Assembly (NCBI RefSeq): GCF_009914755.1 | Contig: NC_060947.1 | From: the human T2T-CHM13v2.0 reference genome, Homo sapiens | DNA length: 64,000 bases | Strand: one strand, 5' to 3' | In this document: in pieces, positions 18,085 to 37,241 of the stretch | Layout: each line of letters starts with the position of its first letter | How positions within the stretch are numbered: position 1 is the first letter of the stretch | The notes under the pieces: model-generated | Told to the model about the DNA's origin: nothing | What the model saw: only the letters and a program-made list of their open reading frames with translations | Databases searched by the model: none | Position numbers and translations under genes: made by a program

Positions 18085-18174
18085 GAAGGAAGGAAAGAAA
18101 GAAAGAAAAAAGAAAGAAGGAAGGAAGGAAAAGGAAGGAAGGAAGGGAAGGGAAGGAAGGGAAAGGAAAGGAAG

Positions 18175-18240
<66 letters not shown>

Positions 18241-18500
18241 GGAAGGAAGGAAGGGAAGGGAAAGGAAAGGAAAGGAAGGGAAGAAAGAAAGAAAGAGAAA
18301 GAGAGAAAGAAAGAAAAAGAAAGAAAAGAAGGAAGGAAAGAAAGAAAGAAAAGAAGGAAGGAAAGAAAGAGAGAAAGAGAGATGGACGGAAGGGAAGGAA
18401 AGGGAAGGGAAGGAAAGGGAGAGAGAGAGAAAAAAAAAGAAAGAAAGGAAGGAAGGAAGGGGAAAGGAAAGGAAAAGAGAAAAAGAAAAGAAAGAAATAG
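18085..18500. repeat. Polypurine (GAAA/GGAA)n low-complexity tract
   Basis: Almost pure A/G for ~420 bp. Confidence 0.97.
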
Positions 18501-19062
18501 GAGAAATACAAGGATATAGGATTGGGAAGATCCAACATAGGAGAGAGGCAGACGAAATTCCAAAGATCATCATAAAAAACATCTCAGGAAAAGAGATCTG
18601 AACAGCAATCCATTCACAATGCAGTAGGAGAGTACAAGACATTAATCAATCCATGAAACTGATTGATTTTCAGAAACTCTACAAACAGGCACTATTTCTT
18701 CTGCGAATCCACTGCCAGGTTGATTAATCCGCTGGTTTCTCACTCTCCCTTCATGTTGGTAACACCCAAATCCACGATACCTCCCAATTGAGGAAGCATG
18801 GATTGCATCAGCCTGGTTTTTAGCAGAAAATGGCTAGCTTGCTCATTTAGGATTTTTAAAAGCCTGCACAGATAAACGGAAAGGGTTAAGAAAATTCCCA
18901 GTGGCTGCGGATCCTCCCAGAGCTTACTAACATAGCAGAGAAGTTTCATCACCCCTGAGCTTCCAGGTCAAAAGACAATGAGGTCAAGATACTGTTAAGG
19001 CTCATTCAACAGCAAGGGTCTCTGCAGCAGACAGGCTGCCCAACAAAAGACGTAGTTGATGA

Positions 19063-19501
<439 letters not shown>

Positions 19502-19808
19502 TAGAAAAGCTCCAGAAACCTTGGGTGATGAAATCCAAAGTCATCAGCCTCTTGGAGATGTAAATTTGATCAAACGGAGGGAAATGTAGTGTGTCTGGTA
19601 TACGTATCAAGTGCTGAGGGTCGGTCATCTGAAGTCCGCTCTTACCAGGCTAAAAGTTAGGTGTGGGAGAGTCTATTAGTTCTTCACAATTCTTCTTCCT
19701 CTCTAACTGGTCTCTGGCTCATGCCCCACGGGAGAAGCACGCCTCCTGCCCCCACTAACTTTGGACTGCCATCTGATTTGTTTTTGCTTATAGAATGTTG
19801 GTCAGTGC

Positions 19809-20344
19809 TGTTGCGGTAAACTGAGGAACGGAGAGACCAATACGGAGTACAGGAGGATTTGTTTATTTTTAGGTACACACTGGCTCAGCAGAATCGCGTT
19901 TAAAAAGCTCAGCATTGAACAAAGACGGAGCGGGGGTTTCATAAGCGGCCTTATAACATAACTCGTGACCTTGCATAGCTGGTGGCCTTGTAGCTGCATT
20001 GAAAGAAAAACAAGAACTGGCTAAATACAGACATTTGTAAAACATAGTCATGCTTAAGAAGCCTGGGAAAAGAGTAACAGTAAAATAATCTGTCTTTCTC
20101 TTTTTTCCTTCAACCTTGCTCTGGAAGGCGGGTGGGGTGTCTGGAGCCCATTCCTTTGGCCTTGGCTACTGTGACAGTGTTACTTTATAACTATCCTTGA
20201 AGTGAGCTGGTAGGCAGAGGAAAACTTGTTCTTTTCTCTCTTTTTTTTTTTTTAACCCTTGCCTTGCCACATTCTGGGCCTTAGCTTTGACTTTTCTTGG
20301 AGTGAATAAATGCAGGACTTATTATTTTTTAAATTTCTGCCTCA
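19809..20344 (-). mobile_element. ERV1-type solo LTR (same family as 50529-51426)
   Basis: TG...CA termini on the minus strand, AATAAA near the 3' end, homologous to the second copy in this window. Confidence 0.8.
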
Positions 20345-20372
20345 GTGGAGGCACAACAGGGGTTGACACAGT

Positions 20373-20793
20373 GTGTTATGTCCGTTCTCATGCTACTAAT
20401 AAAGACATATCTGAGACTGCGTAATTTATTAAAAAAAAAAAAAAAAGAGGTTTAATGGACTCACAGTTCCACGTGGCTGGGGAGACCTTACAATCATGGC
20501 TGAAGGTGAAGGAGGAGCAGAGGCATGTCTTACATGGTGGCAAGCAAGAAAGCTTACGCAGGGGAACTCTCCATGATGTCTCCCAATTAAGGAGACATTG
20601 ATTGCTTCAGTCTGGTTTTTGGCAGAAGACCACCAGATCTCATGAAACTTATTCACTATCACGAGAACAGCATGGGGAAAACCAGCCTGCGTGATTCAAT
20701 TACCTCCCACCAGGTTCCTTCCATGGCATGTGGGCATTATGGGAGCTACAGTTCAAGATGAGATTTGGGTGGGGACACAGCCAAACCCTGTCA
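20373..20793 (-). mobile_element. THE1 LTR
   Basis: GAGGTTTAATGGACTCACAGTTCCACGTGGCTGGGG...GAGATTTGGGTGGGGACACAGCCAAACC. Confidence 0.9.
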
Positions 20794-21530
20794 CATGGTT
20801 GGACCTTTCCTCTGCACGTCTGTATTCCAACATTAGAAAAATGTGCCCAGGATAACCACTGGTTCCTCCCATGGCATGTGGGCATTATGGGAGCTACAGT
20901 TCAAGATGAGATTTGGGTGGGGACACAGCCAAACCCTATCACATGGTTGGACTTTTCCTCTGCACGTCTGTATTTGAACATTAGAGAAATGTGCCCAGGA
21001 TAACCACTGGTTCCACCCATGGCATGTGGGCATTATGGGAGCTACAGTTCAAGATGAGATTTGGGTGGGGACACAGCCAAACCCTGTCACATGGTTGGAC
21101 CTTTCCTCTGCACGTCTGTATTCCAACATTAGAAAAATGTGCCCAGGATAACCACTGGTTCCTCCCATGGCATGTGGGCATTATGGGAGCTACAGTTCAA
21201 GATGAGATTTGGGTGGGGACACAGCCAAACCCTATCACATGGTTGGACCTTTCCTCTGCACGTCTGTATTTGAACATTAGAGAAATGTGCCCAGGATAAT
21301 CACTGGTTCCACCCATGGCATGTGGGCATTATGGGAGCTACAGTTCAAGATGAGATTTGGGTGGGAACACAGCCAAACCCTATCACATGGTTGGACCTTT
21401 CCTCTGCGCGTCTGTATTCCAACATTAGAAAAATGTGCCCAGGATAATCACTGGTTCCTCCCATGGCATGTGGGCATTATGGGAGCTACAGTTCAAGATG
21501 AGATTTGGGTGGGGACACAGCCAAACCCTA
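20713..21530. repeat. Tandem repeat, 148-bp unit (THE1 LTR end + flank), ~5.5 copies
   Basis: Units recur every 148 bp. Confidence 0.97.
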
Positions 21531-21569
21531 TGGTCCCAAAATGATGACAGTATGTGGCATAGACATGAA

Positions 21570-21735
21570 TCCAACCTTCAGCTTAGCCTGGGGTAACCCA
21601 GCCTATATCTGCACCAACCTAGCTGACTGGTAGACTCACATATTTAAAAAAGAAATAAATACTTATTATGGTAGAGAATTGAGATTTAGGACTATTTGTT
21701 ATCCAGCATAACTTCAGGTGTAGCTGACTGATACA
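21570..21735 (+). mobile_element. Old MLT1 LTR 3' fragment
   Basis: AATAAATACTTATTATGG...TTTGTTATCCAGCA...TAGCTGACTGATACA terminus. Confidence 0.55.
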
Positions 21736-22936
21736 GAAAGCAGGCATCTTCTAGGGTGGGAAAAGGCTCTTAGCACAAAACTTCTCTAAGAAAAGATTTC
21801 ACAACCAATTGTTTGCATGTTTTCATAGTTTTTAAATGTGGAGCAAAGGTAAAGAGTTAGGGAATGGTTTCATATTTTTTTCTTCTTGTTTGTAAATGTA
21901 TGTATGATGATGTGTATCTCACCTTGAAATTTCAAACATGTTTTATCTTGGTGTCTATTGGAGACTGCATTTTAACATTCTCTTTCAAAAGGTATTTGTA
22001 TGGGGGAGAAATGGGTGTGTGTATATGTGCAAGATATTTGAAGACCCCAAATCATCCCTTACCCCTCCTCTCTTCAGAGGTAATTACTACCCTGAAGGGG
22101 AAATGTATTCTTCACATTCATCCTTGGGTTTTTTTTTAATCTTTATGTTTGTACTTATCTGTAACACTATAATCTAAAATATATTTCACAAGGAATATAC
22201 AGAGATGGCAAATTTTTCTTTTATATATTGACTTGATGTCACAGGTAATAATTCAAAATCCTTTTGCCTCTCTTGAAACTGTCGCTGTGATTTCAACTTT
22301 CCAAGTGCCTCTTTGATAAATTGTGTTTTTATCTGCTGGAAGAAAAAATAGACTAAATTTACCATAACATCCATTTTCATGTGGCAAATTTGAGGTATTT
22401 ATTTCTCCTTAACTGATGACAATTTTCTGACTCCAGATGAAGTTCTTTCCCCAAACGATGTTTTCGTGTTTTTTTTTCCCTACAAAAGCCAAATTTCCAC
22501 TAATTTAAAACCAAACAAGTGTCTTGATTTAGATGCTGACATAATCAAAGCTATGCACACAGCTCTCTGTTTTCCACTTTCTGGATATTTGGATGAAGAA
22601 ATGAAATGTGTCAGAAATAAATCCTTTGGGGTAAATTTGTAATTAAGCTCTGAAGAAATGCTTTTGTACATCAGATTTAAATCTCCACGCCTCTAAAAAA
22701 TCCAATTCGATGCACATTTGGAAACATTCGTCTTGTAAATGCAGAGGTCTCTGTTTCTGAGATCCGTCTACAAGAGCGCAGAAACTTAACAGCTGTAGCA
22801 ATATTGCTGCCAAGCAGGTGGGGGCAATAAAGATAACAAAGCTAGTGGGGTCTCTGTAGGATGGACATTGCCTGTGAAATGCATCCTCCTCTTCTGAACA
22901 GATCTCTGATTTGTTCATCTTTTCTCTGTCTCTCCT

Positions 22937-23272
<336 letters not shown>

Positions 23273-23724
23273 TGAGTCTGTGCCGCAAGGAGGCTGCTTC
23301 TACCTGCCCTCCAGGGCTGATCCTTCAGCAATGATTGATTTAGAAAAGCACATGCAACTGAACCCTGTCCAATAATATGGGAGAGACCTTCTCCTGTGGG
23401 TACAGCTTTGGGGGAAAGTTTTCTCCTTCCTAAGAAGACTAAAAGATGGATTCTGTTTTTTCTCTCCACGTCGTGGCATGTGGATAAGTTGACTGTGAGA
23501 TTCTGGCTTACCCAATCTGATTTCCTAACACAGGGATTCCTGGAGACGATCAACTTTGGACATTCTCTGGTTTGGATATAGTTTGTCTGGTCCCACCAAG
23601 TCTCATGTGGAAATCTGATCTCCAGTGTTGAAGGCGGGGCCTGGCGGGAGGTGTTTGGGTCATGGGGTTAAATCCCTCATGAATGGCATGGTGCCATTCT
23701 CAAGACAGTGAGTGGGTTCTTACT

Positions 23725-24147
23725 TAATTTATTTTATTTTTATTTTTTATTACACTTTAAGTTCTGGGGATACATGTGCAGAACGTGCAGGTTTGTTACA
23801 TAGGTATGCATGTGCCATGGTGGTTTGCTGCACCCATCAACCCATCATCTACATTAGGTATTTCTCCTAATGCTCCCCCTCCCCTAGCCCCTCACCCCCT
23901 GACAGGCCCCCAGTGTGTGATGTTCCCCTCCCTGTGTCCATGTGTTCTCATTGTTCAACTCCCACTTATGAGTGAGAATGTGCGGTGTTTGGTTTTCTGT
24001 TCCTGTGTTAGTTTACTGAGAATGATGGTTTGCAGCTTCATCTATGTCTCTGCAAAGGACATGGCCTCATCCTTTTTTATGGCTGCATAGCATTCCATTG
24101 TGTCTATGTGCCACGTTTTCTTTATCCGGTCTATCATTGATGGGCAT
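23725..24147 (-). mobile_element. L1PA 3' end
   Basis: Antisense L1PA 3'UTR, TSD TTCTTACTT. Confidence 0.93.
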
Positions 24148-24354
24148 TTCTTACTTTTAGTTCCCAGAAGAGCTGGCTTTTGAAAACAGCCCGGCACCTC
24201 AGCTGTGTCTCTTGTGCTGTGTGTTCTCTGTACACGCCAGCTCTCTGTCCCCTTCCACCAGGAGTGGAAGTTTCCTGAGGTTTTCATCAGAAGCAGATGT
24301 GGGCGCCATGCTTCCTGTGTACCCTGTAGAACTGGGAGCCAAATAAACCTTTAT

Positions 24355-24821
<467 letters not shown>

Positions 24822-24972
24822 TGAGAAAGCAATGAGATTTGCAGAGGTAGAGCCAGCTGGGCAGAGATACTTGTGTGAGAGTCATTGGTGGATCGTGCTG
24901 TGAGTGAAGACAAAATTGCGTCCAGCAGCACACGGCAAGGAAGGTCTAGGACTCACCTTAAGGAAATTAAGA

Positions 24973-25261
24973 TGGTGGCTCACGCCTGTCATCCCAGCAC
25001 TTTGGTAGGCCGAGGCGGGTGGATCACGAGATCAAGAGATCGAGACTACCCTGGCCAACATGGAGAAACCCCACCTCTAGTAAAAATACAAAAATTAGCC
25101 GGACATGGTGGTACATGCCTGTAGTCCCAGCTATGTGGGAGGCTGAGGCAGGAGAATCACCTGAACCCAGGAGGCAGAGGTTGCCGTGAGCCTAGATCAT
25201 GCCATTGCACTCCAGCCTGGTGACAGAGAAAGTCTCCGTCTCAAAAAAAAAAAAAAAAAAA
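24973..25261 (+). mobile_element. Alu (AluSc-like)
   Basis: Alu consensus match. Confidence 0.95.
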
Positions 25262-25276
25262 GATGGTTAAAAGTCA

Positions 25277-25650
<374 letters not shown>

Positions 25651-25822
25651 GAGTGATGGAAAACTAGGAGAGACAGTGCACCAAGAAGAAAGTCATGAGT
25701 CCTCCCAGATTCCGCTGACCAGTCCATCCCAAGATGGCAGGAAAGGCAGCAAAATATTCACAGAGGCAGGGCCAGGGTAGGTTTAGTGGACAGAGAAAAG
25801 GGCATGCATTTCCTATGCTGTA

Positions 25823-26322
<500 letters not shown>

Positions 26323-26394
26323 ATTTGGAGAAGATACAAAATGCAAAGGCCTGGGAACTGTGTTTGAGATGGAAAGTCAAAACTTGGAAAATGA

Positions 26395-26682
26395 TTATAC
26401 TGGGTTGAGCAAGGTCCTCCTATGAAATCCACATTCACGCAGAATCTTGAATGTAGAGCTTATCAAAAAGTAGGGTCATTGCAAAGGTACTTGGTTAAGA
26501 GGAGGTCATGCTGGATTCAGGAGGGCCCTAATGCAAGGGCTGGTGCCTTATAAGAGGGGGAAAAGTTGGATACAAAGAGGAGAAGGCCACTTGCAGAGGG
26601 AGGCAGAGACTGGAGTGATGTAACCGCAGACTAACTCAGGGATACTTGGAGCCCCCAGGAGCTGGGAGAGGCAGGAAGGATT
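26395..26682 (+). mobile_element. MLT1C-like LTR fragment
   Basis: GGAGGCAGAGACTGGAGTGATG...GGAGCCCCCAGGAGCTGGGAGAGGCAGGAAGGA. Confidence 0.8.
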
Positions 26683-26813
26683 TAGTTTAGCTTGATTTAG
26701 TTATTCCACAATGTGTATTTGTATCAAAACATCATGTTGCATGCCATAAATAGATGCAATTCTTATTTGTATTATTAACACAAAGTGCATTATTTTAAAA
26801 TTTTAAGAGATTA

Positions 26814-27164
<351 letters not shown>

Positions 27165-27391
27165 TCAAAAAATTGAAATTGATTTTTAAATTGGCAGCTG
27201 TAAAATATGCAGCCCAAGCTTTGTTACTGGCCTCATTCTTTTATTTCCTACTTTTTTTTTTTTTTTACTTCAAAATTGGATCCAATAATAACAAGCATTC
27301 TCTGAGGCTTTTCTGTGAGAAAGAACAATGAAGGTAACGTCTAAACACAAATTAAAACCTCATACCAAGGAACTGCTTTTTAAATATGTAA

Positions 27392-27700
<309 letters not shown>

Positions 27701-27740
27701 TAATAAGTGGTTTTAAATTTAAGTCATAAGAAAGGAAAGG

Positions 27741-28157
<417 letters not shown>

Positions 28158-28533
28158 TTACGTCGACACCTTTTCATAGCACTCACCTTAACAGGAAAAT
28201 TTAAGCACGTTTAGGGACGGGAGCTTTTTTGCCTTTCGAGAGGGTGGTGGCGTTTTGGAGGTGAGGTGCTTTTTTTTGTTTTGTTTTCTGGATGAGACAG
28301 ACTCCAAAAGAACAATCACGCTGGAAAACCAACATAGTGATTTTCCTTCGCAAAGAGAACAAATTGCTGGTACCATTCCCACATCAGCAATCAGCCTGGC
28401 TTTCCTGCATGGCTGCCAAAAAACAAGGCAGCTTTTGACAAAGTTGCCGTGCATGGATTCTGGAAGCAAGATGAGCTACTCGTCCCAGGCATGATATAGG
28501 GGAAAAGTCGGTAAGGGCCATACTAAGGATTTA

Positions 28534-28812
<279 letters not shown>

Positions 28813-29307
28813 TTCACACATTTTCTTGGGGCCATATTATTAAACATTCTTGAAGCGACTGGTTCTAGGCTGTTTTGTTCTGTGCTGACAATTGCAATCG
28901 CTAGAATGTGAAGACGCACCGGGAGAGCCCTTTCCAAACCCTTTGGAGCAAATGAGGAAGAGAAAGGAAGGGAGATGCAGAGAAATTAGCCAGGGGGTAA
29001 TGGCCTGCCCAGGCTACATGGGAGCATGTGGTTTAGAGAGGCAGCTATTATACAAGGAGCTGAACCCCAGAATTAGACAGACTGTACCCCAGTTCTGGTT
29101 GGAAGATGGCACAGAGCGGGGAGGGGGATTAGACGTGGTGTCACGGCGAAGGTCATCTTCCTGAACCGCTCCAAGAGACAGGCCCCCCAACGCCTGCTCC
29201 ATGACCAGGCAGTGGGTTTTGGAAGTGGGGGAGAAGAGCTGTGATACTTAATTCATGGGGTTGTCCCCATCTCCTCCTTCCTACACGGCCTAGAGAACTG
29301 TCACTGA

Positions 29308-29702
<395 letters not shown>

Positions 29703-29805
29703 AGATATTTATATTTCAACGTTCTGTCTCACAAACATCAGAGCAGCAGGGACCACCACATAAATAGCTTTGATATGGAGTGTACACACTCAGCCTAAGA
29801 AATAA

Positions 29806-30457
<652 letters not shown>

Positions 30458-30540
30458 GAAAATCAGATTCTTGGTTGAAGATGGAGGTGAATGCAAGCTA
30501 GTATTGTTTGCCCAAAGATGTGGTTCTCCACCTTCGTCAA

Positions 30541-31632
30541 TTTTTTATTATTATTATACTTTAAGTTCTAGGGTACATGTGCACAACGTGCAGGTTTGTT
30601 ACATAGGTATACATGTGCCATGTTGGTGTGCTGCACCCATTAACTCGTCGTTTACATTAGGTATATCTCCTAATGCTCTCCCTCCCTAGCCCCTCACCCC
30701 ACCACAGGCCCCGGTGTGTGATGTTCCCCACCCTGTGTCCAAGTGTTCTCATTGTTCAATTCCCACCTATGAGTGAGAACATGTGGTGTTTGGTTTTCTG
30801 TCCTTGCGATAGTTTGCTGAGAATGATGGTTTCCAGCTTCATCCATGTCCCTGCAAAGACATGAACTCAACCTTTTTTATGGCTGCATAGTATTCCATGG
30901 TGTCTATGTGCCACATTGTCTTAATCCAGTCTATCATTGATGGACATTTGGGTTGGTTCCAAGTCTTTGCTATTGTGGACAGTGCCGCCATAAACTTACG
31001 TGTGCATGTGTCTTTATAGCAGCATGAGTTATAGTCCTTTGGGTACATACCCAGTAATGGGATGGCTGGGTCAAATGGTATTTCTAGTTCTAGATCCCTG
31101 AGGAATCGCCACACTGTCTTCCACAATGGTTGAACTAGTTTACAGTCCCACCAACAGTGTAAAAGCGTTCCTATTTCTCCACATCCTCTCCAGGACCTGT
31201 TGTTTCCTGACTTTTTAATGATTGCCATTCTAACTGGTGTGAGACGGTATCTCATTGTGGTTTTGATTTGAATTTCTCTGATGGCCAGTGATGATGAGCA
31301 TTTTTTCATGTATCTGTTGGCTGCATAAATGTCTTCTTTTGTGAAGTGTCTGTTCTGATCCTTTGCCCACTTTTTGATGGCGTTGTTTGTTTTTTCTTGT
31401 AAATTTGTTAATGTTCTTTGTAGATTCTGGATATTAGCCCTTTGTCAGATGGGTAGATTGCAAAAATTTTATAATCCTTTGGGTATATAACCAGTCATGG
31501 GATGGCTGGTTCAAATGGTATTTCTAGTTCTAGATCCCTGAGGAATTGCCACACTGTCTTCCACAATAGTTGAACTAGTTTACACTCCCACCAACAGTGT
31601 AAAAGCGTTCCTATTTCTCCACATCTTCTCCC
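30541..31632 (-). mobile_element. L1PA 3' ~1.1 kb (ORF2 C-terminal remnant) with an internal 160-bp duplication
   Basis: ORF 30839-31309 translates to the L1 ORF2p C-terminus ([22 protein letters not shown]); TSD-like CCTTYGTCAATT. Confidence 0.95.
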
Positions 31633-32094
31633 GCCTTTGTCAATTCTAAGCAGCCAGCAGCCCTGTTACAGCTCCCATCAATCACACTCTGTTCTGTGGC
31701 TTTTGTGCAAGCCAGAAGCATATCCTTAGAGTCTTATAAATACAGAAAAATAACTGGGTTTATGTTTTTCTTTAAGGAGTGCTTGATGATTGTAGAAATA
31801 GTGGACTCAAGTACATTCATATCAATAACAGTCCAGGAAATGTTGGCAAAAAAAAAATCCATTGATCTTTAATTTGCTGTTTGAATCATTATACCTTCTT
31901 CTGTGTGTTTTTTGGATTTTCTGAGAAGAGGAAATCCAGTAGGTAGAGTGCAATACAATACATTGATCCAAAAATCTACTGCCATAGCAAATCCCATCTA
32001 TCCATAATGTGTTCACTGTCTGCATTTTTCTCAAGTTTTTTCTTTTCATGACAACTTGATTAATACAAAGCAGACTCTGTAGATGACCTAGATT

Positions 32095-32412
<318 letters not shown>

Positions 32413-32550
32413 GACCTAGATTTTTGTCTTTTTGTTTTTCTTTGTTTTCTTTAGTAGAAAATTCTTTCTGTACTCATTGTACGGGATTCCTTTCAACATC
32501 ATTTCTGGCTGTTTTTACGTTTGTAGTTAATGTGCAGACCACAACATACC

Positions 32551-32840
<290 letters not shown>

Positions 32841-32899
32841 CCCGCAACATTATTTTTAAGGGCAACTTCCTCAACACCAGAAGACGGTACCAGGGACAG

Positions 32900-33241
32900 T
32901 TTCTTTTCTTTTTTTTTGTTTTTTTTGTTTTCGTGTTTTGAGATGGACTCTCGCTCCGTCACCCAGGCTGGATAGCAGGGGCACGATCTTGGCTCACTGT
33001 TACCTCTGCCTCCGGGTTCAAGCAATTCTCTTGCCTCAGCCTCCTGAGTAGCTGGGATTACAGGTGTGCACCACCGTGCCTGGCTAATTTTTGTATTTTT
33101 AATAGAGACGGGGTTTCACCATGTTGGCCAGGCTGGTCTCGAACTCCTGATCAGGCTGGTCTCGAACTCCTGACCTCGTGATCCGCCCGCCTCGGCCTCC
33201 CAAAGCGCTGGGATGACAGGCGTGAGCCACCGCGCCCGGCC
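32900..33241 (-). mobile_element. Alu with internal 23-bp duplication
   Basis: CAGGCTGGTCTCGAACTCCTGA twice (33129-33173). Confidence 0.95.
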
Positions 33242-33530
33242 CACCAGAGACAGTTTCAAGGCAGAAATGGGATATGTGTGGGCGATGCTTTTGCATTGAC
33301 GGATGGTTTCTTTGCTGGAGGCTGGCAGATGGGTGGCAATGTGGAAAGCTATAGATTGGAATGAAACAGCATGGTGCTCTTCCCTGCCTTAAATTCCTGC
33401 ATAGCTTTGTTCACTCACTTGAAGAAAACCCCCCAGAGGACGTGACCAATAGTATAAACAACTACCGTGTTAACTCTGGCACCTGGTTGAAATTCAACCC
33501 TTGTACGATACACATTGAAAAGCACAAAAT

Positions 33531-34395
<865 letters not shown>

Positions 34396-34539
34396 GGGAA
34401 TTCTGTCAGAAGAGCAAGAAACAGGTTACACAACTAACCACCATCTCGGATTCCTTGATAGGATTCAACAGCTGTCTCCCACCATGGGCAGGATGGCCAG
34501 CATGGCGGCTCTCAAACCTTCCTTGTGCTTGTGAAACTG

Positions 34540-34641
34540 GAATTCTGACTCAGTGGATCTAGGGAAGCCTGAGATGCTGAATGTCTAGTAAGGTACCCAG
34601 TGATGCGAATACCACTGGTCCATAGACCACACTTTGAGTAG
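34540..34641. mobile_element. MER5A-like DNA transposon fragment
   Basis: ATTCTGACTCAGTGGATCTAGGG...GGTCCATAGACCACACTTTGAGTAG. Confidence 0.65.
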
Positions 34642-34904
34642 GGAGCGTATGGGGGAACTGAGGGTTGCTATGGGGTGGCCAGAGGTATGGAGAGCTAGCT
34701 CAGCTGGAGGAACTGTGACAGAGGCTTCAGAGAGCCAGGGGAACATCAGTGTGTCTCAGGATGGCGCTGGGAGCTTTGTCTATCTACCGGGCTTCATCAC
34801 TCCAAACCTGCAGCTATAGACCTAGAGGCCTCTACCTGGGGCCCAAATGATTGGTCCAAGCTGGTAGGTGATCTCTGTGGGAAAGGAGAAAGAACCATAT
34901 TATT

Positions 34905-35231
<327 letters not shown>

Positions 35232-35789
35232 TCAGAAGCTGTCCAAAGCAGAGATGAGCAAATGGCAGTGAGAAACATGGTTAGGTCAAAAGGAGGCAGG
35301 AAAAAAAAATTAGATGCTTGAGAAAGAGTACCTGCCCATGATAGTCTCATGGGTGGCCTGGTCCATGCTCCCTGTGGCCTCGGCCATTTTGGTTGGCCCG
35401 GGACTTGGTGAGTCAGGAGACTCAGCAGGAGGAAAAAATGCAAGGTCAGTGGAATGTTCCCGGATTCGACCAGAAGGCTGTAAAGTGACATGGTGGAGGG
35501 ATTCCTCAAGCCAAGCTCAAGCCAAGAGGTGGAATGGAGCTTGGACGGATGGTTGACTATCCGCCAGTCCTTCACAGCCTGAGAAGCAATAAATAAATAA
35601 ATAAATAAATTTTATAAATAAAATAAAATAAAACAATTTTTTAAAAAAAGGCAGCCTTTTCAATTTTAGGGGAGCTGGAACGAGAACCGCTTCTCAGATG
35701 CCAGGGAAATTCACCAGGCCACCCCATGAGACCTTTCAGAGCTTCCTAAGTGGCAAAGCAGGAGCCTCACCCTCTTAGACAAACACTGC

Positions 35790-36477
35790 CATTTGAAGTT
35801 TCCCTTGATTAAAAAATCGCCCAAATCCAGCCCCCAAACATCAGCCTAATGGCTAATGTCAGCATAACCAGAAACATTCCATCCCTAAGATAAACCCACT
35901 TCCAAGCAGAAACATGCCAACCCTGAGATAGCCTCCCCTCTGACCAGAGACATTCCGGTCCCAAAATAAACTTTCCCCTCACGTACAAACATTCCGAACA
36001 CGTGATAACCTCCCCCCTTCCTAAACCCTTAAATACCCTTGATCTATTAAGAAAGAACGCTCCTGACCGAAATCAGCCAGAAGCCCGTCTCATATTTATC
36101 CTCCAAAATAAACCTGTCTTTGACTGTTGAGTTGCTTTCCGTGTTTCTTTTCTCTTTCTTTAAACTCTTTTTTTGTTGTTGTTGTTGAGACAGAGTCTCA
36201 CTCAGTGGCCAGGCTGGAGTGCAATGGTGCGATCTCGGCTCACCACAAGCTCCGCCTGCTGGGTTCACGCCATTCTCTTGCCTCAGCCTCTTAGTAGCTG
36301 GGACTACAGGCGCCCGCCACCACACCCGGCTTTTTTGTATTTTTAGTAGAGACACGGTTTCACCGTGTTAGCCAGGATGGTCTCGATCTCCTGATCTCAT
36401 GATCCACCCGCCTCGGCCTCCCAAAGTGCTGGATGACAGGTGTGAGTCACCGTGCCTGGCCCTCTTTAACTCTTACA
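35790..36477 (+). mobile_element. ERV1-type LTR interrupted near its 3' end by an Alu
   Basis: Internal AAACATTCC repeats, TATA-like CTTAAATA, AATAAA, terminus TTTAACTCTTACA; 5' boundary uncertain. Confidence 0.7.
36167..36461 (-). mobile_element. AluY-like
   Basis: Antisense Alu with Y diagnostic positions. Confidence 0.93.
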
Positions 36478-36886
36478 CCGAGGATGTTCTGTCATTATCA
36501 CACTACATACAAGCCACGCTCTTAAAGTCCCTGGAAGTAGAATTGAAACGCGGCAAAGATTGTTTTGAAGTTCATGGAGACTATTAAGATGAGGCACTGT
36601 GCTGAAACGTAGTGGAATCTGAACTGGAATTAGAACTAGAATAGATAAGTTGCCCTAAAGTCCTCGATGTAATCCATTGTCCAGTCGTTGAAGCCAGTCA
36701 GTCACTCCATCACATCCCTATAGCTCTGGATTCCTTTCAGCCTGACAGAGAGTTGATCTGTTGTTTGGAAGTATCAACCAACACAGGTTGGTGCTTCATC
36801 ACGGAGGTCAACGTGAGTGTTGTCTGGATGGTGGGATTTTCCAATGAGTCTTGAAAGGTGAACACTCCTTAAAAACGTCTTAGGGA

Positions 36887-37165
36887 GGCCAGGCGCAGTG
36901 GTTCACGCCTGTTATCCCAGCACTTTAGGAGGCTGAGGTGGGCGGATTACCTGAGGTTGGGAGTTCAAGACCAGCCTGGCCAACATGGTGAAACCCCGTC
37001 TCTACTAAAAATACAAAAATTAGCCAGGTGTGGTGACACACGCCTATAATCCCAGCTACTCAAGAGGCTGAGGCAGGAGAATTGCTTGAACCTGGGAGGC
37101 AGACACTGCAGTGAGCCAAGTTGCACTACTGTACTTCCAGCCTGGGTGACAGAGCAAGACTCTGA
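36887..37165 (+). mobile_element. Alu
   Basis: Alu whose tail runs into a polypurine tract. Confidence 0.95.
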
Positions 37166-37209
37166 GAGAGAGTGAGAGAGAGAAAGAAGGAAAGAAGGAA
37201 GGAAGGAAG

Positions 37210-37241
<32 letters not shown>

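Noticed and set aside
17983-18642. K/E/R-rich and F/S/L-rich ORFs (also at 36965-37646, 46410-47030, 57330-58086)
   Set aside because: Translations of purine/pyrimidine tracts that lack stop codons
30839-31309. 156-aa ORF with real protein similarity
   Set aside because: It is the C-terminus of L1 ORF2p in a 5'-truncated element, not a host gene
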